From Betaproteobacteria bacterium (GTDB lineage: Bacteria > Pseudomonadota > Gammaproteobacteria > Burkholderiales > Burkholderiaceae), in the NCBI GenBank assembly GCA_009927445.1, contig RFMZ01000285.1, positions 4,907 to 68,906 on the forward strand: a stretch of DNA of 64,000 bases, given 5' to 3'. Below, piece after piece: positions 27,367-37,499 of this stretch (position 1 is its first letter; every line of letters begins with the position of its first letter). Position numbers and translations under genes: made by a program. The notes under the pieces are model-generated. The model searched no databases. It had not been told where the DNA came from and saw only the letters and a program-made list of their open reading frames with translations.

Positions 27367-28478
27367 TTATTGGAATTCCAAAGGAAATTAAAAACCAAGA
27401 GTATCGCGTTGGTCTAACACCAAGCCAGGTTAAAAATTTAGTCGGTTCAGGACATCAAGTTTTAGTCGAGAAAACTGCAGGTAATGGGGTTGGATTTGAT
27501 GATGATAGTTATCAAACTGCAGGGGCAGTCATCATTGAAGCGCCAGACGAAATTTTTAAAGAGGCTCAAATGATCGTTAAAGTGAAAGAGCCACAGAATA
27601 GTGAGCTTGCGATGCTTCAGCCAGAGCAAATCTTATTTACCTACCTACATTTAGCCCCAGATATTGAGCAGACAAATAATTTATTAGCGACAGGAGTTAC
27701 TGCCATTGCGTATGAGACAGTCTCCTTAGGGAATGGTTGTTTACCCCTTTTAGCACCAATGAGTGAAGTGGCTGGTCGGATGTCGATTCAAGCCGCAGCG
27801 CATCATTTGGAAAAAAGACAACATGGTAAGGGCGTTCTCATGGCCGGAATACCTGGTGTTGATTCGGCTCGGGTACTTATTTTAGGAGCTGGCATTGTCG
27901 GTAAAAATGCACTTCAAATGGCAATTGGAATGGGGGCGCAAGTCACTATTGTTGACAAAAATATGGATCGCTTACGCGACCTAGATTTAATTTATGGTAA
28001 CCGCATACAAACGGCATATGCTGACCAGGCGGCTATAGAGCGTTTATTTCCTCAAGTAGATGTGGTGATTGGGGGAGTATTGATTCCTGGAGGGACGGCG
28101 CCACAACTATTAAAGCGCGAGCACTTAGGTGTGATGCAAGATGGGGCAGTAATTGTCGATGTAGCCATTGATCAAGGAGGATGTTTTGAGACATCTCACG
28201 CAACAACGCATGATGAACCCACATTTATAGTTGATGGGATTGTACATTATTGTGTAGCAAATATGCCAGGAGCAGTTCCTCGAACATCGACACTTGGGTT
28301 GACTAATGCGACTTTCCCGTACATCAGTTCCCTTGCCAATTTTGGGCTACGGCAAGTAGTGCAGGGAAATGATGCATTGCGAAGAGGGGTAACATCTCAT
28401 CAGGGTTATTTAACCTGTAATGCTGTAGCCAAGTCGCAACACAGACAATGTATGGCTATAGGAGATTTAATTCATTAG
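27363..28478 (+). CDS. ald: Alanine dehydrogenase
   Basis: IGIPKEIKNQEYRVGLTP, VKVKEP, FTYLHLA, LAPMSEVAGRMS, DVAIDQGGCFETS and CVANMPGAVPRTST; ATGA coupling to the permease. Confidence 0.96.
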   Translation: MIIGIPKEIKNQEYRVGLTPSQVKNLVGSGHQVLVEKTAGNGVGFDDDSYQTAGAVIIEAPDEIFKEAQMIVKVKEPQNSELAMLQPEQILFTYLHLAPDIEQTNNLLATGVTAIAYETVSLGNGCLPLLAPMSEVAGRMSIQAAAHHLEKRQHGKGVLMAGIPGVDSARVLILGAGIVGKNALQMAIGMGAQVTIVDKNMDRLRDLDLIYGNRIQTAYADQAAIERLFPQVDVVIGGVLIPGGTAPQLLKREHLGVMQDGAVIVDVAIDQGGCFETSHATTHDEPTFIVDGIVHYCVANMPGAVPRTSTLGLTNATFPYISSLANFGLRQVVQGNDALRRGVTSHQGYLTCNAVAKSQHRQCMAIGDLIH

Positions 28479-29551
28479 TTTTGATGAAGTAGTTGGGTTG
28501 AAAAAATCTGTAGCCGACGCGATGGTAATTCAACCCAAATATAAAGTAAATGCGCGCAAGCCCAGCTTAAAAAACAGATACCAAGTATCACAATAAGAGC
28601 ATTTAGCGGGGTTTGTTCGAGCACTTGATTAAATAAAGTATTTCCGAGCAGGATCAATGAAAAATGAATGAGGAAAGCACCGTATGACCTTTGGGAAAGC
28701 CAGACTATTACTTGTGTGATGCGTAAATATAAATTTTGATATTGCCGGTTACCCCAAAGGAGTAATACAAGTGCAACACAAATACTCAATGCGTTCTTGA
28801 TATTTGGATTAAACAGTGTCGTGATCAGAATAGCTATATTCGCTACCGTAAAAAAAGTGAGTGCCAAATGTCGATGGCGATGATTTGGCTCTTGACTGGC
28901 CCAAAATGCCAAAATCCCCAATCCATAGGGTACTAAGAAATAAAAAAAGTAAACGTCGTATTGACTGTGTTGATTAAAGTACGTTAAGGAAAAAATGATA
29001 CAGACAAATAAAGCAGTAACTCGAAAAATAAATCGATCCAACACTGTTAATAGTAAGGTTAAAAAGACATATAGTTGCCAGTCTATTGCCACATACCAAG
29101 CACCTGCAAAAATAGATTCAACCTCAAAAATCTGGTGTACCAAGAAGAGATGTGCCAGAAATTGTGTCCATGTTTCAGGATTGCCAATATATTCCTCACC
29201 TGAAAATATCCGAGCGATTTTGGCTGCGCCGATAGTAAGAATTAATACTATTAGAAAGCTTGGCGCAAGTCTTAAATAGCGATTTATGATCTCCACACCA
29301 AAGCTATTCAACCTTTCATGGGTCTGAAAGCTTTTGCTTGATAGATACCCAGCAATCACCAAAAAGATCGGGACTGCATTTGCACCATACAGATCAAACC
29401 AATTAGCAAGCTGTTTGAGTGAGTATGTGATCATCTCGGATAGGATCCCATATCGACTGAGATGATGAAGGATGATTACTTGAGCAGCAAAAACTTTGAG
29501 AAGATCAATGGTCAATAACTGATGCTGTAAAGGAGTATGAGTTATTGACAT
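28475..29551 (-). CDS. Acyltransferase-3 (OafA-like) integral membrane acyltransferase without an SGNH domain
   Basis: DLLKVFA...ILHH, FLVIAGY, RYLRLAP, WYVAIDWQLY and SYGAFLIH motifs; ~10 TM helices. Confidence 0.85.
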   Translation of the reverse strand: MSITHTPLQHQLLTIDLLKVFAAQVIILHHLSRYGILSEMITYSLKQLANWFDLYGANAVPIFLVIAGYLSSKSFQTHERLNSFGVEIINRYLRLAPSFLIVLILTIGAAKIARIFSGEEYIGNPETWTQFLAHLFLVHQIFEVESIFAGAWYVAIDWQLYVFLTLLLTVLDRFIFRVTALFVCIIFSLTYFNQHSQYDVYFFYFLVPYGLGILAFWASQEPNHRHRHLALTFFTVANIAILITTLFNPNIKNALSICVALVLLLWGNRQYQNLYLRITQVIVWLSQRSYGAFLIHFSLILLGNTLFNQVLEQTPLNALIVILGICFLSWACAHLLYIWVELPSRRLQIFSTQLLHQN

Positions 29552-29583
29552 TTTTTTAATATTTTTTTAGTCAATGAAAGTCT

Positions 29584-29961
29584 TTAGATACCCATTTCTT
29601 TAAACACCTCTTTAGCAATTTTGAAGCTATCTAGCGAAGCAGGTACACCACAATAAACGGCGGCTTGTAAAAAGACTTCCTTGATTTCATCTTTCGTAAG
29701 GCCATTATTAATTGCGCCTCGGACGTGTAATTTGACCTCATGGGGTCGATTCAGGGCAGTCAGCATTGCTAAATTCAAAAAACTGCGGGTTTTACGATCT
29801 AGTCCGGGACGGCCCCAGATTTCTCCCCAGCAAGTTGCGGTAACAAACTCTTGCAAATCTTGCGTAAAGTCATCTGCATTTTTGATAGAAGCATCGACGT
29901 ATTCTGATCCTAAAACTTCACGACGGATTTTAAGACCTTTATCAAAGTTTGCACTACTCAT
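29584..29961 (-). CDS. Carboxymuconolactone decarboxylase (CMD) family protein
   Basis: GLKIRREVLG, WGEIWGRPGLDRKTRS, HVRGAINNG and AAVYCGVPA. Confidence 0.88.
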   Translation of the reverse strand: MSSANFDKGLKIRREVLGSEYVDASIKNADDFTQDLQEFVTATCWGEIWGRPGLDRKTRSFLNLAMLTALNRPHEVKLHVRGAINNGLTKDEIKEVFLQAAVYCGVPASLDSFKIAKEVFKEMGI

Positions 29962-30073
29962 ATTGAATCTCCTTAGGTTATCTATTAATAAACATTTATT
30001 CTAACCCTCTTCTAAAAATTGTCTGGTAAGTTGTGATAAATTCGAGGGAAGAAAACATCATTAGGAGGTGTAA

Positions 30074-31123
30074 GTGAGACAACACGCGATTATGGTTGCT
30101 ATGAGTCATTCTGGTTTGCGCCAGAATTCGTATTGCAAAGATACTGCCAAATATTTGAGGATTATTTGCTTCATCTATCTCGCGGGCTTACTTTTTTCTA
30201 CTAGTAGCCGGACTCTGCATGCTCAATCTTATCCGGATCGACCCGTGAAGATTGTTGTCCCTTATGGCCCAGGAGGTGGTTCTGATATTGTTATTCGCGC
30301 CATTCAAGCAAATGTTTCAGCAAGCTTAGGACAGCCGATCGTCATCGAAAATAAGGCTGGCGCTAGCAGTACCTTAGGGACTGACTATGTTGCCAAGAGT
30401 ACTCCTGATGGCTATACGATGTTGGTCGTAGATATGGCTATTTTGGTCAACCCCAGTTTGTTTACTAAATTACCATACGACACATTAAAGGATTTACAAC
30501 CTGTTATTTATCTAGCTTCAACTCCTTCGATTATGTTGATCTCATCCAAGTTGGGTATTAAAAACTTCAAGGAATTGATTGCCAGCGCAAGAGCGCAGCC
30601 TGGGAAGTTGAGTTATGGCTCAGCAGGTTTTGGGACAGGTGGGCATATGGCAAGTGAAATGCTCAAGATTGTCACTGGTGTAGATTTAATTCATATACCT
30701 TATAAGGGGGCAGGCCCGGCCATGGCTGATGCTTTAGGCGGGCACGTGACAACGATGTTCACAACTACAGGAGCAGCCAAGGGCGTGATCGAGTCTGGCC
30801 AAATGATTGGCTTAGGGATAACTAGCGATAAGCGGGTTGAATCTTTAGGGCAAGTACCAACTTTTTTGGAGTTGGGATATCCAGATATTAATGCCAGCAT
30901 TACTTGGGGAATATTTTTACCAACGGGTACCTCAAAAGAGGTTACCCAGAAGATTAATTCTGCATTTAATATGGCGCTTCAAGCACCGGACTCTAGGCAG
31001 AGATTAATCGACTTGGGTTTCATGCCGGGTGGTGGAACTTCACAAGCTTGGACTCATGAGGTAAGTAAGTCTATTCAAAGATGGTCTGCCATTGTGAAGC
31101 AGGCCAATATTCGGGTAGAGTAA
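30074..31123 (+). CDS. Bug/TctC tripartite tricarboxylate transporter substrate-binding protein
   Basis: YPDRPVKIVVPYGPGGGSD, ENKAGA, PDGYTML and HIPYKGAGPA; strong SD AGGAGG at 30063. Confidence 0.93.
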   Translation: MRQHAIMVAMSHSGLRQNSYCKDTAKYLRIICFIYLAGLLFSTSSRTLHAQSYPDRPVKIVVPYGPGGGSDIVIRAIQANVSASLGQPIVIENKAGASSTLGTDYVAKSTPDGYTMLVVDMAILVNPSLFTKLPYDTLKDLQPVIYLASTPSIMLISSKLGIKNFKELIASARAQPGKLSYGSAGFGTGGHMASEMLKIVTGVDLIHIPYKGAGPAMADALGGHVTTMFTTTGAAKGVIESGQMIGLGITSDKRVESLGQVPTFLELGYPDINASITWGIFLPTGTSKEVTQKINSAFNMALQAPDSRQRLIDLGFMPGGGTSQAWTHEVSKSIQRWSAIVKQANIRVE

Positions 31124-31134
31124 TTGAAAGCGGC

Positions 31135-32160
31135 TTAGAAAGATTGGTGGTACGCCAAAACGCGCTCTACCTCATTTTTAGAACCTAGGATTACTGAAAC
31201 ACGTTCATGTAATTGCTTTGGTTGTAACTGTAGAATATGTTCTTGACCATTAATCGAAGCCCCACCAGCTTGTTCGATTAAAAAGCTCATTGGGTTAGCC
31301 TCGTACATGAGACGCAGTTTTCCTGGCTTACTGGGTTCTCGTTGATCCCAGGGGTACATAAAAATTCCCCCACGCGTGAGTATCCGGTGCACATCGGCTA
31401 CCATGGATGCCACCCAGCGCATATTAAAGTCTTTTTGCAAAGGGCCGGTTGTACCTGCCAAACATTCTGAGACATATTGTTGAATAGGTTTTGCCCAGTG
31501 CCGCATATTCGACATATTAATTGCAAATTCTTTGGTATCGACTGGAATTTTAACTGCCCTGCGCGTTAGAAAAAAAGTTGCTTGATGGCGATCAAGAGTA
31601 AACATCTGGACGCCATTGCCAGTTGTCAGGACGAGGATTGTTTGTGGTCCGTATAGAGCATATCCGGCAGCAACTTGTTGATAACCAGCCTGTAAAAAAT
31701 CACTTTCGGTAATCGGGATATCTTGTTGTGGTTTTTTCAGAATAGAGAAGATTGTGCCAATAGAGACATTCACATCAATATTAGAGGAGCCATCTAAAGG
31801 GTCAAAAAGTAAGAGATAGTCACCTTGTTGGAGATGCTCTGGAATTACATGAATCGTATCTAACTCTTCGGAGGCCATGGCCGCTAACAAGCCACTTGAT
31901 TCATTTGCTTGAATCAACATATCATTGGCTAGGATGTCTAACTTTTGTTGCGTTTCACCTTGGATATTGCCACTACCTGCAGAGCCCAATATATTATCAA
32001 GGGCCCCTTGATTAACCGCTTTACTGATCATTTGGCAAGATTGGCTAATGTTTTCGATTAATGCGATTAAGGGCTTGGCAATTGGATTTGCTGTTGAATT
32101 ATCCGATCTTAAAAAATTTCCTAGAGATATTTTTACTGACTCGGCTTTGGCGGTAGACAT
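31135..32160 (-). CDS. fbp: Fructose-1,6-bisphosphatase class 1
   Basis: [45 protein letters not shown] and [11 protein letters not shown]. Start at MSTAK (32160). Confidence 0.96.
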   Translation of the reverse strand: MSTAKAESVKISLGNFLRSDNSTANPIAKPLIALIENISQSCQMISKAVNQGALDNILGSAGSGNIQGETQQKLDILANDMLIQANESSGLLAAMASEELDTIHVIPEHLQQGDYLLLFDPLDGSSNIDVNVSIGTIFSILKKPQQDIPITESDFLQAGYQQVAAGYALYGPQTILVLTTGNGVQMFTLDRHQATFFLTRRAVKIPVDTKEFAINMSNMRHWAKPIQQYVSECLAGTTGPLQKDFNMRWVASMVADVHRILTRGGIFMYPWDQREPSKPGKLRLMYEANPMSFLIEQAGGASINGQEHILQLQPKQLHERVSVILGSKNEVERVLAYHQSF

Positions 32161-32173
32161 AGGTTCTCTTTCT

Positions 32174-34759
32174 TTAATCTGTAGATAACGCTTTATGGAT
32201 GATTTCTGCCACATCACTGGACAAGTTTTGTTGAGCAAGTTCTGCTAAAGTACTATGCATCATTTCCTGAAAGGGTGAGGCAAATTTTTTCCACCGATCA
32301 AGCCCACGTGCAAGTCTCGCGGCGACTTGTGGATTGATGGCATTCAATTCTTTGACACATTCAATCCAAAAACCATATCCTCGACCTTGTTCGTCATGAA
32401 AACCTGCAGGATTATTAAGGCAAAAAGCATGTATAAGACTACGCGTTCTGTTTGGGTTATTTATCTTAAAGGCGGGATGTTGTTTCAGTTGCAGGATATG
32501 ATCCACTAAAGCGAAGTTTTGACGTGGCGGCACAGTTGCTTGAATTGCAAACCATTTATCAAGAGCTAGATCATTATTTTGATATTGCGCGTAAAAAATT
32601 TCTAGGCAAGGGGCTGCTTGCAAACTAGCGTGATGCACCAGTGCAGTCAGAGCAGCTAAGCGGTCGGTCATATTGTGACAGGTTTTGAACTGTTTCTCCG
32701 CAAGAGCACTACCAAACTCGAGATCATCGGCAATAAGCATCTGTAGTGCAAAGTTTTTAAGGGCTCTTTTTCCGGCTTGTTGCGCATTTGCTTGATAGGG
32801 CTCGATAGGTTGGTATTTTTCGTAAGTTTCTTGCCAAGACTTTTTGAGGGACTTCGCCAGAGTACTTTGAAATTGTTTTTTTGAAGAATGAATGATGAGC
32901 GGGTTAACACTGTCACATTGCTCGTGCAGATAGGTTTCTGCTGGTAGGGTGAAAATGATTTCACGATAGGCCGGATCAAGGCGATCGTCTAGCAGTAACT
33001 GTTCCCAAACAGATATGAGTTCCTGGCTTGGCGATGCATTATTTAAGATGGCCTGCAGGGCTAATTGTTGCCCAGCTTCCCATTGATTAAAGGGATTGTC
33101 ATCATATTGAAAGAGATAGATCAGTTCACTCGTGGGTTGAGTAAATTGCAGGATAACGGGGGCCGAGAAATCTCGGTTGATGGATAAGATGGGTTTACTT
33201 GGAATTTTTTCTAGGCAAATTGTTTGGTTTACTGCTTTCAGTTCAATTAAAAATTCTTGGGTTTGTTGGTTTTCTATCAACAACTTGGTTTTAAGTGGAA
33301 TATGAAAAGGCTTTTTAATTTCTTGATTTGGTGTTGGGGGGCAGTATTGCGATAAGTTGATGGTGTAGGTTTGTTCTTCGGAGTTGTAATTTTCTGTAAT
33401 AGTAACCTGGGGTGTCCCAGCTTGACTATACCAATTCTTGAACTGTTCTAGATCGATTGCATTCGCATCCGACATGGCAGACACAAAGTCATCACAAGTG
33501 ACAGCTTGGCCATCATGTCTTTGAAAGTACAGATCCATGCCTTTGCGAAAGCCGGGTTCTCCAAGCAGCGTATGTTGCATACGTACGACTTCAGCACCTT
33601 TTTCATACACTGTAACGGTATAAAAATTATTGATTTCTTGATAGCTATCGGGGCGAATAGGGTGAGCCATTGGGCCGGCATCCTCTGGAAACTGTATTTG
33701 GCGAAGCAGTCTGACATCTTCAATTCTTTTAACAGCTTTGCCGGATTCTGAGCCCATGAGGTCGGCCGAAAATTCTTGATCACGAAAAACCGTTAGACCC
33801 TCTTTGAGTGAGAGTTGAAACCAGTCTTTGCAAGTTACGCGATTGCCGGTCCAATTATGAAAATATTCGTGACCAACGACACTTTCGATATTGGCAAAGT
33901 CGATATCTGTAGCGCTATTTGGATCGGCAAGGACATATTTGGTATTAAAAATATTTAGGCCTTTATTTTCCATTGCGCCCATATTGAAGTCGCCGACTGC
34001 AACGATCATAAAGCGATCCAAGTCTAGTTCTAAGCCAAATCGGTTTTCATCCCAAGTGATTGCTTTGATAAGTGAATCCATGGCATGCTGGGTTTTTGAT
34101 AGGTCTTTTTCTTCAACCCAAATTTGCAGTAATTTTTCTTTACCGGATTGTGTGGTGATTATTTTTTCTAAAACGGCTAATTGGCCAGCTACGATGGCAA
34201 ACAAATAAGAGGGCTTTGGAAATGGGTCTTCCCAAGTTGCGCTATGCCTATCATCACTTAGTTCTTCTTCCTGAATCAGGTTACCGTTACTTAATAAAAT
34301 GGGATAGTCTTTTTTTGCAGCAGTTAATTTCACGGTAAAGAGTGTGAGGACGTCGGGTTGGTCAAGGAAGTAAGTAATTTTTCTAAAGCCTTCAGCTTCA
34401 CATTGGGTAAAGAAATTTCCACTTGAGACATACAAGCCCATTAAGCTTGTATTTTGAAGGGGGTTATTTGAGCACTTGATTTCTAGCTCAAACGCACTGG
34501 GCAGATCATGTAAGACCAATTCTTTTGCATGGAGTTCAAAATGCCGATAGGCTTGGCCATCTACTTGGAGGGATAGGAGTTCTAGATCTTCCCCTTTGAG
34601 AATGAGAGGACCTGGGCTAAGTCGAGTTATTTTTAACTTTGACTGGACGATTGTTTTGATTGGATTGAGCGAAAAATCCAAAAAAACGGATTGAATCGCA
34701 AAATTGGGTGCTTGGTAGTCTGTCCGGTAGAAGGTCGGAGAATTTTCTGTTTTTAGCAT
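32174..34759 (-). CDS. pepN: Aminopeptidase N (M1 family)
   Basis: [26 protein letters not shown](x18)E zinc motif and NPQVAARL. Confidence 0.96.
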   Translation of the reverse strand: MLKTENSPTFYRTDYQAPNFAIQSVFLDFSLNPIKTIVQSKLKITRLSPGPLILKGEDLELLSLQVDGQAYRHFELHAKELVLHDLPSAFELEIKCSNNPLQNTSLMGLYVSSGNFFTQCEAEGFRKITYFLDQPDVLTLFTVKLTAAKKDYPILLSNGNLIQEEELSDDRHSATWEDPFPKPSYLFAIVAGQLAVLEKIITTQSGKEKLLQIWVEEKDLSKTQHAMDSLIKAITWDENRFGLELDLDRFMIVAVGDFNMGAMENKGLNIFNTKYVLADPNSATDIDFANIESVVGHEYFHNWTGNRVTCKDWFQLSLKEGLTVFRDQEFSADLMGSESGKAVKRIEDVRLLRQIQFPEDAGPMAHPIRPDSYQEINNFYTVTVYEKGAEVVRMQHTLLGEPGFRKGMDLYFQRHDGQAVTCDDFVSAMSDANAIDLEQFKNWYSQAGTPQVTITENYNSEEQTYTINLSQYCPPTPNQEIKKPFHIPLKTKLLIENQQTQEFLIELKAVNQTICLEKIPSKPILSINRDFSAPVILQFTQPTSELIYLFQYDDNPFNQWEAGQQLALQAILNNASPSQELISVWEQLLLDDRLDPAYREIIFTLPAETYLHEQCDSVNPLIIHSSKKQFQSTLAKSLKKSWQETYEKYQPIEPYQANAQQAGKRALKNFALQMLIADDLEFGSALAEKQFKTCHNMTDRLAALTALVHHASLQAAPCLEIFYAQYQNNDLALDKWFAIQATVPPRQNFALVDHILQLKQHPAFKINNPNRTRSLIHAFCLNNPAGFHDEQGRGYGFWIECVKELNAINPQVAARLARGLDRWKKFASPFQEMMHSTLAELAQQNLSSDVAEIIHKALSTD

Positions 34760-34796
34760 GAGAACATTGTATGAGACAAATAAATAGAGTGCATCG

Positions 34797-34873
34797 ATAG
34801 CTTATTATTATGACAAATTGATGAAATAATAGTTTTTAACTATCATTATATTTAATAAATACAATTTTCCTAT
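34797..34873. promoter_or_regulatory. Three OxyR/LysR-type ATAG-N7-CTAT units upstream of rubrerythrin
   Basis: ATAG-N7-TTAT (34797), perfect ATAG-N7-CTAT (34829) and ATAC-N7-CTAT (34859). Confidence 0.5.
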
Positions 34874-34963
34874 TTAATAAATTAGTTCTACACTGCATCT
34901 GTCACTCGAGTGATTGTAATCATTCTAAAGACATCTTTTATTTAACTTACCCAGGAGCAAACA

Positions 34964-35386
34964 ATGCCTACTTTAAAAGGTTCTAAAACTGAGCAGTGCT
35001 TGAAAGACGCATTTGCTGGTGAATCACAAGCAAATCGTCGTTATTTGTATTTCGCGAACAAAGCGGATATCGAAGGACAGAATGATGTTGCTGCATTATT
35101 CCGTTCAACAGCTGAAGGTGAAACAGGTCATGCCCATGGCCACCTCGAATTTTTGGAGCAATCTGGTGATCCAGCAACTGGCTTATCGATTAAATCTTCC
35201 AAAGATTGTCTAGCTGCAGCAGTTGCTGGTGAGACACACGAATATACCGATATGTATCCTGGTATGGCTAAAACAGCCCGTGATGAAGGCTTTGATGAAG
35301 TTGCTGATTGGTTTGAAACATTAGCTAAAGCTGAGCGTTCACACGCTAACCGTTATCAAAAAGCTTTAGACGCATTTGTAGCTTAA
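34964..35386 (+). CDS. Rubrerythrin, short type without the rubredoxin domain (sulerythrin/aerobic type)
   Basis: [33 protein letters not shown] and AERSHA diiron ExxH motifs; 140 aa. Confidence 0.93.
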   Translation: MPTLKGSKTEQCLKDAFAGESQANRRYLYFANKADIEGQNDVAALFRSTAEGETGHAHGHLEFLEQSGDPATGLSIKSSKDCLAAAVAGETHEYTDMYPGMAKTARDEGFDEVADWFETLAKAERSHANRYQKALDAFVA

Positions 35387-35405
35387 TCGTAGTAAGGTTT
35401 TTTTT

Positions 35406-35434
35406 AGATTCCTGATTCACATCGGGAATCTTTT
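35406..35434 (+). terminator. Stem-loop after rubrerythrin (partial terminator or mRNA stabiliser)
   Basis: agattcctga / tcgggaatct 10-bp stem (one G-U pair), 6-nt loop, short T run. Confidence 0.55.
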
Positions 35435-35479
35435 AAAGAATCTTTTAAGCAACTACACATATATTCATGAAGGTAAAAA

Positions 35480-36823
35480 ATGAGTCGAGAAGGTAATTTG
35501 GAGGCGCCAACGCGCCATCCTTTAGATTGGCAGAATCCTGAATTCTATAACCAAGTAAGCGTTGATAAAGAACTTGAACGCGTATTTGATATTTGTCATG
35601 GATGCCGCAGGTGCGTCAGTTTATGCGGGTCGTTCCCAACACTTTTTGATTTGGTCGATGAGACCTCGGATGGTGAGGTGCACGGTATTCCTAAGTCGGC
35701 TTATGAAAGCGTTGTAGATCAGTGTTATCTGTGTGATCTGTGTTACATGACTAAGTGCCCATATGTACCACCCCATGAATGGAATCTTGATTTTCCGCAT
35801 CTGATGTTACGAGCCAAAGCCATTAAACATGAAAACGGGAAGACTAACTTTCGAGATAACCTGTTGTCATCAACGGATAAAATTGGTCGGTTTGCTGGTA
35901 TTCCAGTTGTGACACAGATAGTCAATCAAGTCAATAAGTCCCATTTGGCCAGAGGAGTTATGGAGTCGGCGCTAGGTGTTGATCAAAATGCTTGGTTACC
36001 CGAGTTTGCTCTGAAGAAATTTAAACAAGTTGCCAAGCCATCAGCCAATTGGCCTGTTAAAGATGGCGCGAAGACGCCGGGCAAGGTTGCCGTTTATGCA
36101 ACTTGTTACATTAACTACAATGAGCCGGGTATTGGTCAAGATTTATTACATATTCTCAACCATAACGAAATTCCTTATCAGCTAGTTGATAAGGAGGCCT
36201 GCTGTGGCATGCCAAAACTAGAGCTTGGTGATTTAAAAGCGGTAGAAAAATTAAAAGAGATCAACATTCCGCAATTAGCTCAATTAGCTCAAGAAGGTTA
36301 CGCCATCGTCACTCCGATACCTTCATGCACGCTGATGTTTAAACAAGAATTACCTTTAATGTTCCCACAAGATGCAGATGTGCAGTTAGTTAAAGAGGCG
36401 ATGTGGGATCCCTTTGAATATCTCATCGCCAGAAATAAGGATGGGCTTTTGAAAACGGATTTTCAAGAGGAACTTGGGCAGGTTAGCTATCACGTTCCAT
36501 GCCATTCACGTGTACAAAATGTAGGTAAAAAAACTGCCGAAATATTACAGATGATTCCTGGCACAACGGTACATGTCGTGGAACGATGCTCCGGGCACTC
36601 AGGAACATGGGGCGTGAAAAAGGAATTTCATCAGACCGCTATGAAAATTGGAAAACCCGTTTTTAAGAACATGGCCAGCGATGAGCCTAAATATATTAGC
36701 TCGGACTGTCAGTTGGCGGGGCATCACATTGAGCAGGGTATGGCGCAGGCGGGATTAAAAAAAGCGCAAATGGAACACCCCCTGTCGCTCGTGGCAATTG
36801 CTTATGGGATCCACCAACAATAA
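35480..36823 (+). CDS. Rubrerythrin-associated Fe-S oxidoreductase (GlpC/heterodisulfide-reductase-like, two CCG domains)
   Basis: CHGCRRCVSLC, CYLCDLC...KCPY, CCGMP, HVPCH, CSGHSG and SDCQLA motifs. Confidence 0.88.
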   Translation: MSREGNLEAPTRHPLDWQNPEFYNQVSVDKELERVFDICHGCRRCVSLCGSFPTLFDLVDETSDGEVHGIPKSAYESVVDQCYLCDLCYMTKCPYVPPHEWNLDFPHLMLRAKAIKHENGKTNFRDNLLSSTDKIGRFAGIPVVTQIVNQVNKSHLARGVMESALGVDQNAWLPEFALKKFKQVAKPSANWPVKDGAKTPGKVAVYATCYINYNEPGIGQDLLHILNHNEIPYQLVDKEACCGMPKLELGDLKAVEKLKEINIPQLAQLAQEGYAIVTPIPSCTLMFKQELPLMFPQDADVQLVKEAMWDPFEYLIARNKDGLLKTDFQEELGQVSYHVPCHSRVQNVGKKTAEILQMIPGTTVHVVERCSGHSGTWGVKKEFHQTAMKIGKPVFKNMASDEPKYISSDCQLAGHHIEQGMAQAGLKKAQMEHPLSLVAIAYGIHQQ

Positions 36824-36866
36824 TGAGTTGTAATTTTTAATGAATGAAGAAATGAAAGATACGAAA

Positions 36867-37451
36867 ATGCCAAAAATTAAACGCGAACAATTAATGAGTT
36901 TAGAGGCGTATCACAAAGCCAGGCCTCAAATGCGTGAGCAGGTTATCAAGATGCGCAAGATCAGAACGGTCAGTCTAGGCGAGCATCTCAATTTGATTTT
37001 TGAAAATGAATTTTTAATGCAGTATCAAATTCAAGAAATGTTACGTGTCGAGAAAACGTATACAGATGAAGGGATTCATGATGAATTAGACGCTTATAAT
37101 CCACTGATTCCTGACGGTTCAAACTTTAAAGCTACCATGATGCTGGAGTATCCTAACGAGGCTGATCGAAAAATTGCCTTAGGAAAAATGGTTGGTATTG
37201 AGCACAAAATGTTTATTGAAATAGAGGGTCAAACGCGCGTTTACGGTATCGCTGACGAAGACCTGGAGCGCTCTACTGCTGATAAGACTTCAGCAGTGCA
37301 CTTTATTCGGTTTGAACTGACCAGTGATATGAAGCGTGCTTTGCAAGCTGGTGCGCAGATGATGGTAGGATGTGAACATACGGAATATCCGATGCACGTA
37401 GAGATGTTAGAGCCAGAAACCTTGGCCTCTTTATTAACAGACCTGAGTTAA
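36867..37451 (+). CDS. DUF3501-family protein
   Basis: FENEFLMQYQIQEMLRVEK, YNPLIPDGSNFKATMMLEY and KTSAVHFIRF pattern recalled for DUF3501; third gene of the cluster. Start at MPKI (36867); ATG 36840 possible. Confidence 0.82.
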   Translation: MPKIKREQLMSLEAYHKARPQMREQVIKMRKIRTVSLGEHLNLIFENEFLMQYQIQEMLRVEKTYTDEGIHDELDAYNPLIPDGSNFKATMMLEYPNEADRKIALGKMVGIEHKMFIEIEGQTRVYGIADEDLERSTADKTSAVHFIRFELTSDMKRALQAGAQMMVGCEHTEYPMHVEMLEPETLASLLTDLS

Positions 37452-37499
37452 GTAGATCAAATTTCCCTAGCAGTTATCACATTCGTGGATAATTGTTCG

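Noticed and set aside
34902-34925. Fur box upstream of rubrerythrin
   Set aside because: Only about 12/19 match to GATAATGATAATCATTATC in an AT-rich region; not persuasive.
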